A DNA stretch of 64,000 nt from Sulfurovum sp. (lineage in GTDB: Bacteria > Campylobacterota > Campylobacteria > Campylobacterales > Sulfurovaceae): NCBI RefSeq assembly GCF_036568385.1, contig NZ_DATCSP010000026.1:16224-80223 (forward strand), read 5' to 3'. The notes under the pieces were generated by a model. That model was not told where the DNA came from and searched no databases. It was given only the letters and a program-made list of their open reading frames with translations. A program made the translations under genes and the position numbers. Below are positions 1-10,329 of this stretch, piece by piece (position 1 is the first letter of the stretch; each line of letters starts with the position of its first letter).

Positions 1-86
1 TTTTTTATCACTTAAAATGTAGATATCCATACTAGGCTGCTTTGTACGCGGACCTGAGATCCGGGAAAGTATTTGATGCACAGGGG

Positions 87-284
87 TTAAAACTCAAATC
101 CGCCACCTGTCCCTTTGCTCATGCTGTCATAGACGGCCTGTACGTAGGCATCGCGTACTGTACAGTCAAGGAGCTTTTCGCAACCCATGCAGCTTATGAG
201 CTGCTGTTCGGCCTGGCAGGCCTCCAGTTCAGCTTTTTTTTGTACCAGTGTGATCTGCCACTCATCGAGCTGTTGTTCAGACAT
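87..284 (-). CDS. small hypothetical protein (65 aa)
   Basis: Intact ORF whose start codon region abuts the fbp stop, suggesting coupling. No family recognised by eye. Confidence 0.4.
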   Translation of the reverse strand: MSEQQLDEWQITLVQKKAELEACQAEQQLISCMGCEKLLDCTVRDAYVQAVYDSMSKGTGGGFEF

Positions 285-1135
285 TATATTTTCATCCTGT
301 AGAGTGCTTTCAGTGCAACCATTTCGTAGGTCGTACCAAAAAAACAGGGCGTCGTATCATGCGGATGTGCAGGGACAAGGTCCAGGAGCCTTATCCCCTG
401 CTCATTGATCGCATGCCCGCCGGCCTGTTCGAATATAAAAGCAAAAGGGAGCACTTCAAAGAGCTGTCGCAGTTTTCCCTTTGGTCTGTCTGTGGTACCG
501 GGATAAGAGAAGATCCCGCCGCCTTTGAGAAGTATCTGGTGGAGGTCAGGTACCATGCCGCCTGAGTAGCGAAGGCGGTATCCATCTTTAAAAAGGGCAT
601 CCACATATCGTTTGTGGTATTCGGCCCAGTGCTGCTGGGTGCCTCCGGGCGCATTGATATTTCCCTTATCTTTCAGCGTGATCTCGGAGATGAAGTTGAA
701 CAGGCCATCCTGTGCTCTGTAGTGTTTGGGCCTGCCCTCTTTGGTGGCCAGTACAAGTTCGATGCGGGGTCCGTAGACGACATAGGCGGATGCCACAAGG
801 TTCTCGCCTGTAAGCTCACCTTCGTAGATACCGAAGATGGAGCCGACAGAAAGGTTGACATCTGCAAGGCTTGACCCATCCAGCGGATCGTAGCAGACCG
901 TGTACTTTCCGTCCGCATGCAGCTCCAGCACGCCATCTTTCTCTTCGCTCACCAGTGCCTTCACAATGGATACATCTTTAAATGCCTGCTCTACGATATA
1001 GTCACTTTTTACATCAAGCTTGAGCTGTTCTTCCCCTGAGGTGTTCGAACTGTCGCTGTACCCAAGGTCCTCGGTTTTGATCTCGTGGTCTATTTTGATC
1101 GCGATATCTTTGATGGTGTCAAATATAGTTAGCAT
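284..1135 (-). CDS. fbp: fructose-1,6-bisphosphatase, class 1
   Basis: 283-aa ORF with FBPase-I hallmarks: 'DPLDGSS', 'YGPRIELV', '[21 protein letters not shown]'. Confidence 0.9.
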   Translation of the reverse strand: MLTIFDTIKDIAIKIDHEIKTEDLGYSDSSNTSGEEQLKLDVKSDYIVEQAFKDVSIVKALVSEEKDGVLELHADGKYTVCYDPLDGSSLADVNLSVGSIFGIYEGELTGENLVASAYVVYGPRIELVLATKEGRPKHYRAQDGLFNFISEITLKDKGNINAPGGTQQHWAEYHKRYVDALFKDGYRLRYSGGMVPDLHQILLKGGGIFSYPGTTDRPKGKLRQLFEVLPFAFIFEQAGGHAINEQGIRLLDLVPAHPHDTTPCFFGTTYEMVALKALYRMKI

Positions 1136-1149
1136 TCAGTCTATCCTTT

Positions 1150-1674
1150 TTATATGTTTTTTGCATGTGCATCGATCCACCCGATGATCTGCATCGTATC
1201 ATTGAGGTCGAGTATATCTATATGGTCAGGGACGGCATACTCTGAAAGATCTATCGTATCATCAATGGCGATGGCTTCGCTGCACTCAAAATAGCTTTCA
1301 TCCATGGTGTTCCTGAACACGGCTATACGGGGCAGGGGGAGTGTTTTCAGGCCTTCTACGAGCAGGATCTCAAAGTCAGCGATCATCTCCACGATCTCAT
1401 CCAGGGTTTTTTCTCTTTGCGAGAAATAGGTGGTACGGGTAGGAGAGGTTACGACCACTTCGGCACCGGTTTGCGAGAATTTGTAACTGTCTTTGCCTTC
1501 AGTGTCAAACTCTGCTTTGTCCTTGGGGTCATTTTTGATGATGGCAACTTTGCGTTCCTGTATCAATACCCTGGCGATCTTTTCAACCAGTGTGGTTTTA
1601 CCACTGTTGGAAGGGCCTGTAAATGCTATTGCAACTCTTTTGCTCACGAAAAACCTTTTAGGGTGATTATACAT
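1150..1674 (-). CDS. mobB: molybdopterin-guanine dinucleotide biosynthesis adaptor protein MobB
   Basis: P-loop 'GPSNSGKTTL' near the N-terminus, with size and layout typical of MobB. Confidence 0.8.
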   Translation of the reverse strand: MYNHPKRFFVSKRVAIAFTGPSNSGKTTLVEKIARVLIQERKVAIIKNDPKDKAEFDTEGKDSYKFSQTGAEVVVTSPTRTTYFSQREKTLDEIVEMIADFEILLVEGLKTLPLPRIAVFRNTMDESYFECSEAIAIDDTIDLSEYAVPDHIDILDLNDTMQIIGWIDAHAKNI

Positions 1675-1724
1675 AAATCTTTATTGAAACTATGTTAAAA
1701 TCTCTAAAATTTTAAGGGGAGTCA

Positions 1725-2243
1725 ATGGTGAGATCGATCACAGCACTTATAGCCATTGTACTCCTTCTGGGCTGTACATCAAAAGAAGAGAGTGCTCTGC
1801 TGCACGCATATGATGAGAAGACCGGGTACCATAAAAAGCTGCAAAAAACAGAAAAGCTGCAACTGTATCAGGACGGCATGACAAAAGGCCTGCTGACTGC
1901 GACCTATCTCTATACACAAAACTTTGACAAGAACGACAGACGCGACGAAGTGTTCATCGTAGGGATGCACGCAAGTGAAGAAGCTCCCATCGGACTCACG
2001 GAAATAGGGAGCGCTTTGGCCTTGAACGGCCAGGCAGCAAAAGAGATACTTCCCCTTGCTGAGGAGGATGAAAGGTTGAAAGAGGTCTCTCTTGTCACCG
2101 AATGGGGCCGCTACTATCTGGTGACCTTCCCCCATGTAGAGAGTCAAAGCGTTACACTTGTTTTCAAACACAAGGCCTATGGAGAAGGGATGCTTCACTT
2201 TGCCAAAGTGGCCAAATATGTGCTGAAAAAAGAAATATTCTGA
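1725..2243 (+). CDS. hypothetical lipoprotein
   Basis: Signal peptide with lipobox 'LLLGC'. No family recognised. Confidence 0.55.
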   Translation: MVRSITALIAIVLLLGCTSKEESALLHAYDEKTGYHKKLQKTEKLQLYQDGMTKGLLTATYLYTQNFDKNDRRDEVFIVGMHASEEAPIGLTEIGSALALNGQAAKEILPLAEEDERLKEVSLVTEWGRYYLVTFPHVESQSVTLVFKHKAYGEGMLHFAKVAKYVLKKEIF

Positions 2244-2261
2244 TCTCAGGATTTCCGACCG

Positions 2262-3557
2262 CTACTTCCTGAACCTGTCTGTGAGGGAAGGCGTAGCAAG
2301 TGTCTTTAGAAGAGGGAAGAGGCGTGTGGTGACACCCAGTTTGTTCAAGTAGATCACATAGTTGGCAAGCACTTTTTTCCCATACTCTCTGGCTTCCTCA
2401 TTTTCCATTGTTTCCATGCTCATATAGGGTTCGTAGGGACCTTTTCTGAAATGGCGGCTGTTCTGTATATGCCTTCGTGTAAATCCGATACCTCCGTTGT
2501 ACGCGTAGGCTATGAAAAGCGGATGATAGAGGTATTTGGTCAGATAATCAAGATGATGGTCCGCATACTCTATGGCCTTATAGGGATCGAACATGTCATC
2601 CAGGTCTATCTTTTCCCCCTTTTCTTTGGCTACGTGCTCGACAAGGAACGGCATGAACTGCATCATTCCCAGGGCAAAAGAACGTGACACCGAAGCCGGT
2701 ACAAAGCGGCTCTCCTGTCTGGCGATCGCATAGATGAGCGCCTGTCGTTCCGGGGTCATGTGCTTCATCGCATCACGGTAGGGCATAGGAAAGTAGGATT
2801 CTGTATAGTTGCATGCCTTGGCCTTGATGTAGGTATAGATACCGATACACTCCTGTGATTTATGCTCATCTGCCAGGTCATCCAGGTCGGCACCGGCGGA
2901 GAACATCTTCTGTTTTACCTTGGCCCAGTGGATGGGGTCTTGGACATCAAACCCCCATGTACGGCTTTTCCAAAGCGACTGGGTAATGGTTTTCGGGTAT
3001 TTCCCGTTGATGGTGTCCGCCGCCATCAGCGTATAGATATTGACATTGCAGCTTTCACGCAAAAGATCGAGATATTCAGCATTTTTGGTGCTCAGATAGA
3101 GCCAGAAGAGTGTTTTGTCTATGTCATAGGGTTTAGCATATTCTTTGCGTGCCCTTTCAAAATACTCTGCTGCCTGCGCAGGTTTTCTCTGCTGCATCAA
3201 TGCAAGGCCCTGATTAAAATGCTTGTGCGCCTGGCTTGTTCTTTTCCAGGCGTCCACGGCATCTTTCGTGGACCCCTCTCCCAGATAGTAGGGTTTGATC
3301 TTGGGAGCTTCTTCTCCGGTCCTGTTCCGGTAGGCCGTACGGAGTTTTCCGTTGAGCCTCGTGGCTTCCTGGATAATGCTTTTTGCCTCTGGGGCCGTAG
3401 TAGTGATCTGTTTAAGAAAACGCCATATATAGTAATCCTTCTCTATGCTTCTCGGCATTTCGTGGACCTGTGAATAGGTGAACTTTTTGGCATAAAGCGG
3501 CGAGGAGCCCATAAAAAATGCCAGCAGTGCCAAAACGAGAAAGGACTTTACGTTCAT
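2262..3557 (-). CDS. soluble lytic murein transglycosylase (SLT domain)
   Basis: Signal peptide plus C-terminal SLT motif 'ARQESRF...ALGMMQFMP...AYNGG'. Confidence 0.85.
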   Translation of the reverse strand: MNVKSFLVLALLAFFMGSSPLYAKKFTYSQVHEMPRSIEKDYYIWRFLKQITTTAPEAKSIIQEATRLNGKLRTAYRNRTGEEAPKIKPYYLGEGSTKDAVDAWKRTSQAHKHFNQGLALMQQRKPAQAAEYFERARKEYAKPYDIDKTLFWLYLSTKNAEYLDLLRESCNVNIYTLMAADTINGKYPKTITQSLWKSRTWGFDVQDPIHWAKVKQKMFSAGADLDDLADEHKSQECIGIYTYIKAKACNYTESYFPMPYRDAMKHMTPERQALIYAIARQESRFVPASVSRSFALGMMQFMPFLVEHVAKEKGEKIDLDDMFDPYKAIEYADHHLDYLTKYLYHPLFIAYAYNGGIGFTRRHIQNSRHFRKGPYEPYMSMETMENEEAREYGKKVLANYVIYLNKLGVTTRLFPLLKTLATPSLTDRFRK

Positions 3558-3559
3558 TT

Positions 3560-3835
3560 CTATCCCAAAAGAGCACGCATCATAAAATTATCGATCAGCT
3601 GTAACCCCAGGATCACTACCAAAGGGGAAAGGTCGATACCTGAAAGGACCACGAACGGCATTTTCCGTCTGATGAAACCCATCACAGGTTCCGTTAAACG
3701 ATTCAGTACCTGTACGATCGGGTTATAAGGGTCAGGACGTACAAAACTCAATAGTGCAGCGATGATCACGATCCAGATATAAAGGTTTATCACTGTGTGC
3801 AGGGTTTGAACGATGGCGTAGATAAGGGCATTCAT
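3560..3835 (-). CDS. YggT family membrane protein
   Basis: 91-aa two-TM protein with a YggT-like pattern. Its start overlaps the gltX stop by 4 nt. Confidence 0.75.
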   Translation of the reverse strand: MNALIYAIVQTLHTVINLYIWIVIIAALLSFVRPDPYNPIVQVLNRLTEPVMGFIRRKMPFVVLSGIDLSPLVVILGLQLIDNFMMRALLG

Positions 3836-5139
3836 GAGGCGATCTCCAATAGGTAAGGTTTAATAAGCGGATAGATCTCGGAAAGTTCCGGTCCGTGTTC
3901 CGCACCAGTGAGGATGAGTCTTAGCGGTTTAAAGAAGCTCTCTCCTTTCAGTCCGGTCATATGCACGAGGTGTGCCGTAAAGTCATCATAGTCATCCATC
4001 ATCGGGGCATTCTGTATGATCTCTTCCATGGTCTGCATCTGGGCACCCCATTTGCCTTCAAAATCCTTAGGTGCAAAGATAGGCTCGATCTTCGATGCAA
4101 GTTCATTGATCGTACTTGCCTCTCCAAGGTAGAGCTTGGCCAGTTTCCCGATATCCTCATCTGCAAAACCAAAGAGGGTAGAGAGACGTTTGTCATCCAT
4201 ACGCTTGAGGTGTTCTCTGTTGAGAGAACGGAGTGTATCGATGTCAAACGTTACTTGGGATCTGGAAAGTCTGCTGAGATCGAACCACTCGAGTGCCTCG
4301 GGCATGGTGAAGACCTCTGCGGGAGTGTCGTTCCCAAGCAGGATCAGGTAGTTGGCGATCGCATCGGGTATGAATCCCTGTGCAAAGAGCCATTTGACCG
4401 TGCTGGTCTCCTCACACATATTCATCTTCCCTCCCTCTGCGTTGAGAATGGCCGGGAGGTGTGCATAGGTTATCTCCTGCTGATATCCGAGCAGTGTCTG
4501 GATGTGCTTTTGTCTGGGCGTGTTCGAGAGGTACTCTTCGCTTCGGATGATGAGATCGACCCCTGCGAGCATATCATCACAGGCACAGGCAAAGTTGTAG
4601 GTTGGTGTGCCGTCCGTTTTTAAAATGACAAAACTGTCCACCTCATTGGGTGCGGTTTCGATATCACCCTGGATCAGGTCATGGAAAACCACCGGTGCAT
4701 CCGGAGCCTTGATACGCACGACAAAAGGGGTCTTCTCTTCTTTGAGTTTCTTCAGTTCTTCAGCACCTACCAGGGAACACCGTCCGCTGTAGTGAGGATC
4801 TGCCTTGTTCTGTTCTGACGCTTCCCTGTCCGCAGCAAGCTGATCAGGGGTACAGGTACAGACAAATGCCTTTTTCTCTTCGAGCAGCCTTATCGCCAAT
4901 GTCTGGTGTATATGGAGGTTCTCACTCTGGTGAGAAACGCTGTCATGAGGCAGTGCGAACTTTTCAAGGATCTCCATGATCTCTGTATCTTTGCCGGTGA
5001 TATTCCGTTCTTTGTCCGTATCTTCTATACGCACTATGAAGTTGACATCTTTCTGTTTGGCCACCATGTAGTTGAATAGTGCTACGCGTAGCTGTTCTAT
5101 ATGCATATCACCGGTAGGTGAGGGGGCAAATCTAAGCAT
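3832..5139 (-). CDS. gltX: glutamate--tRNA ligase (short 435-aa form)
   Basis: 'RFAPSPTGDMHI' HIGH region and overall class I GluRS layout. Confidence 0.9.
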   Translation of the reverse strand: MLRFAPSPTGDMHIEQLRVALFNYMVAKQKDVNFIVRIEDTDKERNITGKDTEIMEILEKFALPHDSVSHQSENLHIHQTLAIRLLEEKKAFVCTCTPDQLAADREASEQNKADPHYSGRCSLVGAEELKKLKEEKTPFVVRIKAPDAPVVFHDLIQGDIETAPNEVDSFVILKTDGTPTYNFACACDDMLAGVDLIIRSEEYLSNTPRQKHIQTLLGYQQEITYAHLPAILNAEGGKMNMCEETSTVKWLFAQGFIPDAIANYLILLGNDTPAEVFTMPEALEWFDLSRLSRSQVTFDIDTLRSLNREHLKRMDDKRLSTLFGFADEDIGKLAKLYLGEASTINELASKIEPIFAPKDFEGKWGAQMQTMEEIIQNAPMMDDYDDFTAHLVHMTGLKGESFFKPLRLILTGAEHGPELSEIYPLIKPYLLEIAS

Positions 5140-5345
5140 GTATCTTACTCCAAAGGTCGTGGGTTTATATGAGTGCTATTATAGTGGGTTAAATTTATAA
5201 ATATGTTAAAGCGCAAGGGGTTTTACCATACTTTTTTTTCTCTCCATTCTTGACCTGATATTTCGATGCCGGATAAAACGGATGGGCTAAGATGTGATAA
5301 GCTCTAATTGGATAAAATACCACTTTAAAATCAAAAGGTTTAATA

Positions 5346-7628
5346 ATGAGCGATAGCAAAGATTTTTTACGTACGATAGTTGAAGAGGACTTGGCATCAG
5401 GCAAGTATAAAGAGGTGCATACAAGGTTTCCTCCGGAGCCTAATGGTTTCCCGCACATCGGACACGCCAAATCTATCGCTATCAATTTCGGTATCGCACG
5501 TGATTACCACGGCCGCTGCAACCTCAGAATGGATGATACGAACCCCACTACAGAAGACACGAAATACGTGGAGGCGCTCAAAGATGCCGTGCAGTGGCTT
5601 GGGTTCAAGTGGGACAACAGCGTACGCTATACTTCCGATTACTTCCCTGAGCTGTACGAGTATGCTGTGACACTGATCAAAATGGGCAAAGCGTACGTTG
5701 ACAGCCTCAGCGAAGAGGAGATACGCGAATATCGCGGAACGGTGACCGAACCCGGAAAACGCAGCAAATACGCCGAGCGCAGCGTGGAAGAGAACCTGGA
5801 CCTTTTTGAGAGAATGAAGAACGGCGAGTTCAAAGACGGAGAACATGTCCTCCGCGCCAGGATCGATATGTCGGCGGCCAATATGAAAATGAGGGATCCG
5901 CTTCTATACCGTATCAGACACGCGCACCATTACCGGGCAGGGGATAAGTGGCATGTCTACCCGATGTATGACTTTGGCCACTGCCTCTCTGACTATATCG
6001 AGGGGATCACCCATTCCATCTGTACCCTGGAGTTCGAGAACAACCGTGATATTTATGACTGGGTGCTGGACACGCTTGGGCTGAAGCCGCCAAGACCCTA
6101 CCAGCATGAGTTCGCGAGGCTCGCCATCAACTATACGGTGATGAGCAAAAGAAAGCTTCTGGAACTGGTTGAAAAAGGAAAGGTCAGCGGCTGGGATGAC
6201 CCACGCATGCCTACGATCGCCGGATACAGAAGAAGAGGGTATACGCCGGAGTCCATTCTGAACTTCTGCGACCAGATAGGTATAGCCAAAGCGAACTCTA
6301 CGGTGGATGTCTCACAACTTGAATTCTGTATCAGGGATGACCTCAATACCAAAGTACCGCGTGTGATGTGCGTGCTTGACCCGCTCAAGGTGACCATAGA
6401 AAACTATGAGGGTTCAGAAGAACTGGATGCGCCATACTACCCGCATGATGTCCCCAAAGAGGGGTCGAGAAAGATACCTTTTTCAAGAGAGATATACATC
6501 GAGCGTGATGACTTTATGGAGAACCCTCCAAAAGAGTACTACCGTCTTACACCGGAACAGCCGGTGAGACTCAGGCATGCCTATATCATCACCTGCAAGG
6601 AAGTGATCAAAGATGCGGATGGCAATATCACAGAGATAAAAGCCGTCTATCATCCGGATTCCAAAAGCGGTTCTGATACAAGCGGGATCAAGGTGAAAAG
6701 CGCTATCCAGTGGGTAGATGCAGACGGGGCCAAAAGCGTTGAACTGAGACTCTATGACAGGCTGTTCAAAGATGAAGCCCCCGAAGGGTTGGAAGATATC
6801 AATCCGGACTCTTTAAAAGTGATCAGGAATGCACTGATAGAGCCTGCTGTCATCACGGACAAACCTGACGAAAGATTCCAGTTTGAAAGACAGGGGTATT
6901 TCTATGCGGATCCTGTGGACTACACCGATGAAGCGCCTGTCTTCAACAAGATCGTCGGTCTGAAAGACTCCTGGGCAAAAAAAACAAAAGCCAATGAAAA
7001 GAACAAAGCGGAAGAGAGCGCAACAAGAAGTGAGCGTAAACCCCAGGCCAAAAAAGTACAGATAGACGGCGAAGTAGCCCCTATGAACGCGCAGGAACAG
7101 GCACGCTTTGACAGATATACGGGTGCACTTGAACTCAACAGCGAAGTGGCCAATACACTGGCGCGCGACGAGAAACTCTCCAACTTTTACGAAGAGGCGC
7201 TGGCGGTACTTCACAGCCCTGTAAGTATCGCAAACATCGTGGCGAATGAAGTGGCCAGAGAGTTGAAAGAAAAACAGGTCGATCAGCTCAAGTTCAGTGC
7301 AGCACAGATAGCCCGTCTTGTAGAAATGATCGATGATGAGACCATTTCAAGCAAGATCGCCAAACAGGTATTTGAAGAGATGGCTGAAACAGGAGAGGAT
7401 CCGGCAAAGATCGTTGAAGCCAAGGGACTGGTTCAGATCAGTGACCCTTCACAGATCTTGCCCATCATAGATGAGATCATTGCCAAAAATCCGGACAATG
7501 TCGCCAAGTTCAAAGCAGGGAACACCAACCTTCTGGGCTTCTTTGTCGGGCAGGTACTGAAAACCACAGGGGGAAAAGCCAACCCGAAAGTGGTGAACGA
7601 ACTTGTAGCCGAGAAGCTACAGTCCTGA
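5346..7628 (+). CDS. glnS: glutamine--tRNA ligase fused to a C-terminal GatB/YqeY-like domain
   Basis: 'RFPPEPNGFPHIGH' HIGH region and 'VMSKRK' KMSKS motif. The C-terminal ~160 aa read 'ISSKIAKQVFEEM...LLGFFVGQVLKTTGGKANPKVVNE', typical of the GatB/YqeY domain. Confidence 0.9.
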   Translation: MSDSKDFLRTIVEEDLASGKYKEVHTRFPPEPNGFPHIGHAKSIAINFGIARDYHGRCNLRMDDTNPTTEDTKYVEALKDAVQWLGFKWDNSVRYTSDYFPELYEYAVTLIKMGKAYVDSLSEEEIREYRGTVTEPGKRSKYAERSVEENLDLFERMKNGEFKDGEHVLRARIDMSAANMKMRDPLLYRIRHAHHYRAGDKWHVYPMYDFGHCLSDYIEGITHSICTLEFENNRDIYDWVLDTLGLKPPRPYQHEFARLAINYTVMSKRKLLELVEKGKVSGWDDPRMPTIAGYRRRGYTPESILNFCDQIGIAKANSTVDVSQLEFCIRDDLNTKVPRVMCVLDPLKVTIENYEGSEELDAPYYPHDVPKEGSRKIPFSREIYIERDDFMENPPKEYYRLTPEQPVRLRHAYIITCKEVIKDADGNITEIKAVYHPDSKSGSDTSGIKVKSAIQWVDADGAKSVELRLYDRLFKDEAPEGLEDINPDSLKVIRNALIEPAVITDKPDERFQFERQGYFYADPVDYTDEAPVFNKIVGLKDSWAKKTKANEKNKAEESATRSERKPQAKKVQIDGEVAPMNAQEQARFDRYTGALELNSEVANTLARDEKLSNFYEEALAVLHSPVSIANIVANEVARELKEKQVDQLKFSAAQIARLVEMIDDETISSKIAKQVFEEMAETGEDPAKIVEAKGLVQISDPSQILPIIDEIIAKNPDNVAKFKAGNTNLLGFFVGQVLKTTGGKANPKVVNELVAEKLQS

Positions 7629-7659
7629 TGGGACCCAAACGGCTGGAAAACAGCTGGTG

Positions 7660-8403
7660 CTAGGCTGAAGCCAGATAGCTATCCAGCGTAAACCGCATAT
7701 CTTCATCCAGTTCCAGATTGGCTCGCATCCATTGGATGTAGCCGATGTCCTCACGGACCACTTCAGCGATCTCCCTGTCTTTGTATTTCCCGAACTTGAA
7801 GGTTCTCATCATGACCGGTGTCAGGGTAAGTTCCGCCAGCTTTTGCATGGGGTTGACACCGGGATAGGTTTCCTGTATGAGACGTACCAGTTTGGAAAGC
7901 AGCAGTTTCATCACCAGTACATCACCTATGGCATCATGTGCTTTGATCGTGATACCCAGCTGGTCTGCTTCTGCCTGCTCTGTCCGGTAGAGACCAAGTG
8001 CGTAGCGTAGGTACTGAAGCCTGTGGTTGGGACTTTCCGGGAGCAGGTGCCTGGCACAGCGAAGCGTGTCGATCAGGGTATAGCGGTTCTCAAACCCTTC
8101 TTTTTCCAGCATGGCCAGGTCAAAAGCGATATTGTGCGCGATAAGGAAGTTTTCCTTTTCATTGAACTGCTGCACTTTTGACGCAAAATCGGTCTGAACA
8201 TACACTCCCTTGTCGGCTATGGTCTCAGGGGTGATGTTGTGTACTTCCATCGCCTCTATACTGATGGGCACGGGTGCCTGGCAGAGTTCATCAATGACCT
8301 CGATATCCTCTTTGCTGTGTACGATCATTGCCCCTATCTGTATAATGCGGTCGTGTTCCTGGTTTCCTGTGGTTTCTGTATCAAAAAGTACGTATGCTGG
8401 CAT
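7660..8403 (-). CDS. DnaQ-like 3'-5' exonuclease with C-terminal DUF3820-like tail
   Basis: Exo I motif 'VLFDTETTG' and 'HDAIGD' Exo III motif. C-terminal 'FKFGKYKDREIAEV...YIQWM'. Confidence 0.8.
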   Translation of the reverse strand: MPAYVLFDTETTGNQEHDRIIQIGAMIVHSKEDIEVIDELCQAPVPISIEAMEVHNITPETIADKGVYVQTDFASKVQQFNEKENFLIAHNIAFDLAMLEKEGFENRYTLIDTLRCARHLLPESPNHRLQYLRYALGLYRTEQAEADQLGITIKAHDAIGDVLVMKLLLSKLVRLIQETYPGVNPMQKLAELTLTPVMMRTFKFGKYKDREIAEVVREDIGYIQWMRANLELDEDMRFTLDSYLASA

Positions 8404-8548
8404 CTGTTATCCTTGAGTATATGAAGTAAGATGGTAGCGTATTTTCTCTGACAACCCCAACACTAAAATGACAAATGGTATAATGGCATATCTATTTACG
8501 GAACTTCTGTCCGAGAGCAGGACAGTTGACCGAATCACAGGAACACTC

Positions 8549-9364
8549 ATGAAAAAACACTTTACCTCTGTCCTCTCCGGCGCGTTTGGAAAATTCGCCT
8601 CCAAAGCCTTCTCTCCCTCTGTACAAAGCTTTATCAACAGGGGCTATGTCAAACTGATGGGGCTTGATATGAGCGAATTTAAAGACCCCGCTGACTATCC
8701 GACACTGAACAAGCTCTTTACAAGGGCCTTTGAGATCCCCAGAGCCCTGCCTGAAGAACAGGATGCCCTGATCTCCGGTGTGGATGCCCTGATCACAGAT
8801 GCAGGTACGATCAGAGAGGGGAAAGCCTACCAGATCAAAGGAATGAGCTACAGTATAGAGAGACTTTTTGGAGAACACCATAAAGATGCAGCCAGCAGAG
8901 TGGAAGGAGGGGAGTACATCAACTTCTATCTTTCGCCAAAAGATTACCACCGCTATCATATGCCGATGCGTCTCAAAGTAAGATCATTGACACATATTCC
9001 GGGCAAACACTATCCAGTGAACTTTCCGCTGCTGCGAAACAAAGTGGACCTCTTTATCGAAAATGAAAGAGTGGTCATAGAGTGCGAGGATGAAAAGGGA
9101 AGAATACATGTCCTGGTCCTTGTCGCTGCCCTGAACGTTGGCCAGATGGTGGTGACGTTCGAGGAAAAGGTGAGAACCAATTCCGAGATAAGAGAACCTG
9201 TCCATTATGAGTATGAAGATCTCTGGGTGGAGAGGGGCGACTTTTACGGGTGGTTCGAAATGGGTTCAACCATAGTCACTTTTTCTGAAAAGGGAAGTAT
9301 TTTGCCGGATGTGGAGATAAATCAGAAAGTAAGTTTTACAGATGTTTTAGGTAAAGTATTATAA
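8549..9364 (+). CDS. psd: phosphatidylserine decarboxylase proenzyme
   Basis: 'LSPKDYHRYHMP' and the 'FEMGSTIV' self-cleavage (GST) site. The ORF opens at 8468, but the ATG at 8549 has an AGGAA RBS about 8 nt upstream. Confidence 0.85.
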   Translation: MKKHFTSVLSGAFGKFASKAFSPSVQSFINRGYVKLMGLDMSEFKDPADYPTLNKLFTRAFEIPRALPEEQDALISGVDALITDAGTIREGKAYQIKGMSYSIERLFGEHHKDAASRVEGGEYINFYLSPKDYHRYHMPMRLKVRSLTHIPGKHYPVNFPLLRNKVDLFIENERVVIECEDEKGRIHVLVLVAALNVGQMVVTFEEKVRTNSEIREPVHYEYEDLWVERGDFYGWFEMGSTIVTFSEKGSILPDVEINQKVSFTDVLGKVL

Positions 9365-9405
9365 GAAAAGAAACTATAGGGTCTATTTAAAGAAGAGGAA
9401 ACAGT

Positions 9406-10329
9406 ATGCAGATCAAAGAAATACAGGAATACGCAGAGATACGTGCAAAGGCCAGAGCCTATCTGTGCTATATCATGGGAAGAACCATTACGGACACCAT
9501 TCAAAACGGTGATATACATACGGTACTTGCCAAACTTGAAAAGCTCAATGAGAGCGTTGAAAAAGCAGAAGCCATTTATGCCTTGGATGCAAGCGGTACG
9601 CAAATGATCCAGAACATCTCCAAAAATAAAAAACTAAGCGGTGTCGGGAAAGGGGTGGACAGGTCTGACCGGGCCTACTTTTACAGGACAGTGAAGGAAC
9701 ACCGATGTACCTTGACCGAGCCTTACCCTTCAGATCTGAGCAATACCATGGTCATTACGGCTTCGTTTCCTATCTATGACGAACAGGACAATCTTCTTTG
9801 TATCATATGTATGGATATCTCCATGGCAAATATCCTGCGTATGGTCTCTCCAAGTTCTGTAGACTCGATCTTCGGAAAACTCTCGAAACTGGCCTATGCT
9901 GCATTCTCCATCGCTTTGGCATTGGTCTCTTTGCTCCTTTTTGTCAAGGGTGCCACTGCGTTTCTGCATTTCGGTATAGACCTCAGGGCGATAGATATCA
10001 ATGAAATGTTCAAGGCCACCATTCTTTTGACCCTCTCCCTGGCTATTTTTGATCTGGTCAAAGCGATCTTCGACGAGGAAGTGCTGGGTAAAGAGAAGAA
10101 GGACGGCTCGGGCAGCGGACATCAGACGATGATACGTTTTTTGGGTTCTATCGTCATCGCCCTTTCCATCGAAGCGTTGATGCTGGTCTTCAAGTTCGCA
10201 CTCACCGATCCTGCACAGCTAGAGTATGCCGTACTGCTGATATCAGGGGTTGCTGTGCTGCTGGTGAGTCTCTCTGTCTACATCAAGTTCAATAATCCAT
10301 CGGACAAAAGTGCACAGAAGAAAAACTGA
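9406..10329 (+). CDS. Cache/PDC-like sensor domain fused to a multi-TM membrane domain, no recognisable output domain
   Basis: N-terminal ~150 aa contain 'DRSDRAYFY...TEPYPS...ITASFPIY', a Cache-like pattern. The C-terminus has about 4 predicted TM helices. Confidence 0.5.
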   Translation: MQIKEIQEYAEIRAKARAYLCYIMGRTITDTIQNGDIHTVLAKLEKLNESVEKAEAIYALDASGTQMIQNISKNKKLSGVGKGVDRSDRAYFYRTVKEHRCTLTEPYPSDLSNTMVITASFPIYDEQDNLLCIICMDISMANILRMVSPSSVDSIFGKLSKLAYAAFSIALALVSLLLFVKGATAFLHFGIDLRAIDINEMFKATILLTLSLAIFDLVKAIFDEEVLGKEKKDGSGSGHQTMIRFLGSIVIALSIEALMLVFKFALTDPAQLEYAVLLISGVAVLLVSLSVYIKFNNPSDKSAQKKN

